From positions 496,001 through 560,000 of the forward strand of contig LSRY02000029.1 of the NCBI GenBank assembly GCA_001643675.2: 64,000 bases of DNA, in the 5' to 3' direction. A program made the position numbers and the translations under genes. Of the stretch, positions 61,001 through 64,000 are shown piece after piece (the first letter of the stretch is position 1; every line of letters begins with the position of its first letter). The DNA comes from Monocercomonoides exilis PA203. Taxonomy: Eukaryota > Protista > Preaxostyla. Below the pieces are notes generated by a model that was given only the letters and a program-made list of their open reading frames with translations, was not told the origin of the DNA and made no database searches.

Positions 61001-64000
61001 GTGGAAGCACAGAATTTGGTTTTGGATTTGTTAAGATAAACGGTGGGAGCCTGCTATTGAACCGATTTTCCACAGCGTCGCCAATTACCTTTGGATCTGC
61101 TTCACTAATCAGTCTGTCTGGAGCTGGAATGCTAAACTGTGCGGGATGCACGATGAGTAGCATCAAGAGGATGAGTGGGACTGGAGGATGCATTTCGATC
61201 GAGAAGAAGAATACACTGGAAAACAGCCAAAGCAGAAAGATGGCAATCGATGGATGCAGTTTTAATGGCTGCTGTGCTTGTGTGGATGGAGGAGGCGAAG
61301 GAGGAGGAATGAGTGCGTGGCTGAGCGAAAGTGACGTTCTGGTTGTGAATGGATCGACTAGCTTTGAGGAATGCAGTGCGCAGAGCGAAGAAGGATCTGG
61401 TGGAAAAGGGGGAGGGATAAGCATTCGCTGTGATGATACTTCTTCTTCCTTTGGAATAATGAATGCAGTTGCATTTTCGAAGGTGAAGGTAAACAGAGCG
61501 GAATATGGGAAGGATGTGTTTGTCTGGTGCGAGAGTGGGATTTTGCTTTCGCAAATGATCAATTCGTCTTCTTTTGGATTTTTTGATTCATCGGAATTGC
61601 CGTCAGACGCTTTGGTTTTGAGCGGAAGTGAAAATGGAAGGGATTCAACAATCATTCCTCTGCATGTGTATCTTTGCAGTCTCCAGACAGAAATAATTGC
61701 AGACAAAGACAATGGAGTTGATCACACACATTGTGGATATCCTTCTTTTGCTTGCTTATCAATCGATTACTGTGTTGAGAATCGGATAAGCGACTCATTA
61801 AACAACATCAAAGTTGTTTCAAGATCAATAATTCAACAGGAAAATTCTATCTCTTCAACACCAGTGAATATCTATTCCGAAGCACTTGTGCCTGTTTCAG
61901 TTAAAGACGCAGACAGAGCAACACAGGATGGGTTGGTGATGTGCTCTTCTGCTCTTTTCCTCGTGAATCTGTCATTGAGTGTGCAAAGGTTGTTTGCAAC
62001 TGCAAGAAAAGCATTTCTTTTCTCTTCATCGTCGCTTTCCATCGCCAACTGTTGTGTGGAATTCTCTTCAGAAAATACGAATGATCCTGTTTCCTTCGGC
62101 GTGATCTTTGTTGAAAGCGGGAATCTTCTGATAAGTGGATTCAAAATGGAACAAGCAACAACATTCACAACTTCGCCCATCTTTGCAGACAACTACAATT
62201 CAATAAAGATAGAGAACAGCAACATAACTGGAACGAGGAGGATAAATGGAGATGGTGGATGCTTATATATCAATGAAGCAAATGGAGATGAAAAAAGAAT
62301 CACAATCCAAAGTTGCAACTTTACTGGCTCATGTGACGAAGGGAATGGAATTCGAGGCGGGGGTGTCATGGGGAAGGTTGGAAGCGGGAACGTTTTGAGT
62401 GTGAAAAGCACAAGTTTTGAGAACTGCATGGTGCCTTCGGATGGCAATGGAAATGGAGGGAAAGGATTGGGGGGTGGGATGCATCTCTGCTTGAAGGAAA
62501 GCATCGGAAGCATCGCCTTCGATAATATCAGTTTCAGTGGTTGTAATGCTTGGAAAGGAAAACAGCTGTTTGTTGACGGAGAAGATCTGAGGCAGATTGC
62601 CAGCAATTGGCTGCAGTGTTTCAAAACAGAAACCTTCTTGTCTGAGGATATGATGGGATTTGAGAGAAGCACAACAAATCGGGAATTCCACGTACCGCTT
62701 GTGCTATATTTCCGAACATTTGTGGAACCTTGCTTTATTGGTGGAGCAGAGGAAAAGAGCCTTGATTACACAGGATGCGGATTTTCGGATTATCCGTGTG
62801 GAACGCTGCCGTATGGGGGCTTTGTGCGATTTGGGGATTCGAAGGCGCATCTGAGGCTCACAGATCGCTTCTGCTTTGCAAATGCGATTGTTTTGAGTTC
62901 GCAAGAGATGGACATTGAAGCAGAGACAAACGGAACACTGATAAATGTGATGTCTGATGGAACAGGAGAAGGCGAAGGACTCATCGAGACAAGCAATGCA
63001 ATCTCATTCAGTGGAATAGCATTCAATGTTTCGACAACATTCGCAGCAGCCGAAAGAAAGTGTCTGCTTCTGTGCAGCGGCTCCGCCCTTTCGCTGGTTG
63101 ATTGCTCGGTGAACGCGCAATCGAAGAAGATCGACTTTGGATACGTGATTGTGAGAGGTGGCAATCTCCATATTCTGAGGGGAGTGCTGAACGAAATAGA
63201 ACTGCTGGGAGCGCCAGTGGTTGAACTGAGCGGCGGTAACAGCCGATGCACACTGGAAGATGTGGAATGGAACAACCTGAAGACAGGGTCAATCGAAGGG
63301 CTTGTTGGTGCGAAGTCGAAGAGCCATGTTGAAATGAAAAACTCGAAAGTGTCTGGGCCGACACAGTTTGGGAATCACGGGGTCTTTTTCGTTGAGGAAT
63401 CTTCGAGCGCAACTCTGGAAAAGAGCAACTTCACCCTGTTGACAAGAAACGAAGGAAACGGAGCGATAATTGATGGAAGAGTTGGAAGTGGAAAGAGTTT
63501 GAGTGTGAGTTTTTGCTGGTTCACTTTTATCAGCTGCATGGGGAGTGGCTCGAAAGGAGGAAGCGTCGTTGCAACTGTGTCAGCCGATGGGGAGCTGCTG
63601 TTCAACAACAACACGGTTGAAGAGAGCAAAGTGAGGAAAGCGGATGGTTTGGGGGGAGGGTTGCACATGGAGTTTTTGAGCAGCGAGGTTGGATATTCGA
63701 TGAAAAACAACAAATTCCTGAGCAATGATGCGATGCTGGGATACGATGTGTATCTTGTGTGCCCAACGCCGCGGATTACAATTGACAGAAATAAATGGGC
63801 AGGATCAGCCACAGAAGGCCAGGAGGAGGAAACGATGTGGGTGATCGATCCATCATTTCCTGAGGGATCTGACACGCTTCTGAAGTATTTGTTTCCGAGA
63901 GCAGACGAAATAATATATGTGAACACGCTCAATGGCCACACAGACGGGTGCGGTGCTGATGATTATCCTTGCGAGGAGCTTTGGTATGCTTCAGGGAAGA
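58033..64000 (+). CDS. Large Cys-rich secreted/surface protein with GGAI-type beta-helix (Pmp/pectin-lyase-like) modules; runs off the window end (~1,990 aa visible)
   Basis: Frame open from ATG 58033 (an in-frame ATG also lies at 57979). It is absent from the ORF track, consistent with no stop inside the window. Signal-like MIFPFLFSFFVGICQY, motifs NGGGAIW, FGGAICF, GKGGGIHL and GLGGGMHL, and recurring D..GCG....PC motifs. Confidence 0.85.
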   Translation, partial: MIFPFLFSFFVGICQYQICFDTHAINICEVREKSGLLNHASKKSSIFEKKQFMRENWSDRSQITHSEGTNINVVPCQTEIVSHLASYNSTISVFCIQFSCELEKAVVSLFGKSAFFVSNCILSSLKQFRNGLIHSYEANICICNLSLVQSHSSVFLPSLISFPPTNIVREHQSYIEIRDTSLSSFSLFNSNPLIQSSINNIITIQSSTFRNISQQHPKGNKFVEHNASFTISSCIVSTISDPTEGCIVPKVSGGSLNLLNSTFVRCLKIIGQKIYHTTTEDTFVDNCLYEKFTGIAISHDSTGSVIIKNTDFTNSTECQGAYTIKYRFFDSINNSFWNLKTSGLSSCLQPCQGYGPLTIQNNCMKSCESRWGGGCCHIHHSFSSADLISNCKFRNCFVTSVYDYCNGGGAIWNGEGAKVSYSNVLFENCCANATFGGAICFDSRDHATLHCCTLSYCLFIGCDALGEGKDLYAMNPWQNALNESQFVFCWTNKYLEANRLTLAEKGDKSSWIGKLGNIYADVQGTDSLGCGWVELPCLTIYNSVKIASVSGKGSPVHIKIAAGQYMERQIGIDSKYLEFEGSNDFETKLASNSSNTKPLIQISSGCATLFGLFIIRNSSASTSLPLFAISSASGELVLRSCKITSETAQSSSFQSPLISLSVGFFNMVSTVVESMIFSDASALEISSSSVQCCSFENSTFRDITRKEGDGSVLVVNIISGNELKMDGVRFERCICSKGNGGSMSCMLDASGRLMIGSLKVIEMEGCTTPQDIINKGKGGGIHLKLTGSSSNFVIQETSFYGCAAWKGNNIFVDAISLSSSITASTLKFVHTGMSDDDLMGFEEQCRADPVPLLAYLQIFSGIALVGGAKNRDFSGCGTANYPCGSIGYAAALRFPSSKRIITLNADFEWTESLIFNVYGWEVKSPARGREIKVLSEGTSTSEGMVTVEIATSISNLSFSASSQLGQHSCFLLCLSEELAMTDCSLKCSSSGSTEFGFGFVKINGGSLLLNRFSTASPITFGSASLISLSGAGMLNCAGCTMSSIKRMSGTGGCISIEKKNTLENSQSRKMAIDGCSFNGCCACVDGGGEGGGMSAWLSESDVLVVNGSTSFEECSAQSEEGSGGKGGGISIRCDDTSSSFGIMNAVAFSKVKVNRAEYGKDVFVWCESGILLSQMINSSSFGFFDSSELPSDALVLSGSENGRDSTIIPLHVYLCSLQTEIIADKDNGVDHTHCGYPSFACLSIDYCVENRISDSLNNIKVVSRSIIQQENSISSTPVNIYSEALVPVSVKDADRATQDGLVMCSSALFLVNLSLSVQRLFATARKAFLFSSSSLSIANCCVEFSSENTNDPVSFGVIFVESGNLLISGFKMEQATTFTTSPIFADNYNSIKIENSNITGTRRINGDGGCLYINEANGDEKRITIQSCNFTGSCDEGNGIRGGGVMGKVGSGNVLSVKSTSFENCMVPSDGNGNGGKGLGGGMHLCLKESIGSIAFDNISFSGCNAWKGKQLFVDGEDLRQIASNWLQCFKTETFLSEDMMGFERSTTNREFHVPLVLYFRTFVEPCFIGGAEEKSLDYTGCGFSDYPCGTLPYGGFVRFGDSKAHLRLTDRFCFANAIVLSSQEMDIEAETNGTLINVMSDGTGEGEGLIETSNAISFSGIAFNVSTTFAAAERKCLLLCSGSALSLVDCSVNAQSKKIDFGYVIVRGGNLHILRGVLNEIELLGAPVVELSGGNSRCTLEDVEWNNLKTGSIEGLVGAKSKSHVEMKNSKVSGPTQFGNHGVFFVEESSSATLEKSNFTLLTRNEGNGAIIDGRVGSGKSLSVSFCWFTFISCMGSGSKGGSVVATVSADGELLFNNNTVEESKVRKADGLGGGLHMEFLSSEVGYSMKNNKFLSNDAMLGYDVYLVCPTPRITIDRNKWAGSATEGQEEETMWVIDPSFPEGSDTLLKYLFPRADEIIYVNTLNGHTDGCGADDYPCEELWYASGK

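Noticed and set aside
60783-63941. Minus-strand ORFs of 309, 159, 161 and 188 aa at the right end
   Set aside because: They are antisense to the long plus-strand surface-protein frame, which carries the coherent motifs.
1-64000. CRISPR array, tRNA or rRNA genes, prokaryotic operon or defence system
   Set aside because: No regularly spaced direct repeats or recognisable structural-RNA motifs. Spliceosomal introns show that the bacterial-like enzymes are genuine eukaryotic genes, not contamination.

Overview
Eukaryotic, gene-dense window using the standard genetic code. It has short AT-rich GT-AG introns and giant exons full of poly-Ser insertions. Gene content and two lineage-specific families point to an anaerobic metamonad, most likely the amitochondriate oxymonad Monocercomonoides or a close relative; this is inferred from recalled family resemblance, with no search run. 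Left to right: (1) a degenerate, alternately oriented repeat cluster (1-640); (2) a poly(A)-tailed, multiply disrupted pseudogene of a lineage-specific helical-protein family (830-1606); (3) pyruvate:ferredoxin oxidoreductase; (4) a ~6,750-aa probable EPG5 homolog head-to-head with Notchless/Rsa4; (5) a nucleoside diphosphate kinase; (6) a ~2,100-aa Ser-rich membrane protein; (7) two small unknown genes; (8) CFAP47 (~4,530 aa); (9) uridine phosphorylase; (10) a five-exon beta-hydroxyacid dehydrogenase; (11) an apparently perfect 261-bp inverted repeat of the same family as the left-end cluster; (12) the 5' 6 kb of a large Cys-rich, GGAI-motif (Pmp/beta-helix-like) surface protein missing from the ORF track. 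The most notable unexplained signal is the palindromic repeat family, which sits at both edges of the housekeeping block next to expanded-family genes. No tRNA, rRNA or CRISPR array was recognised.
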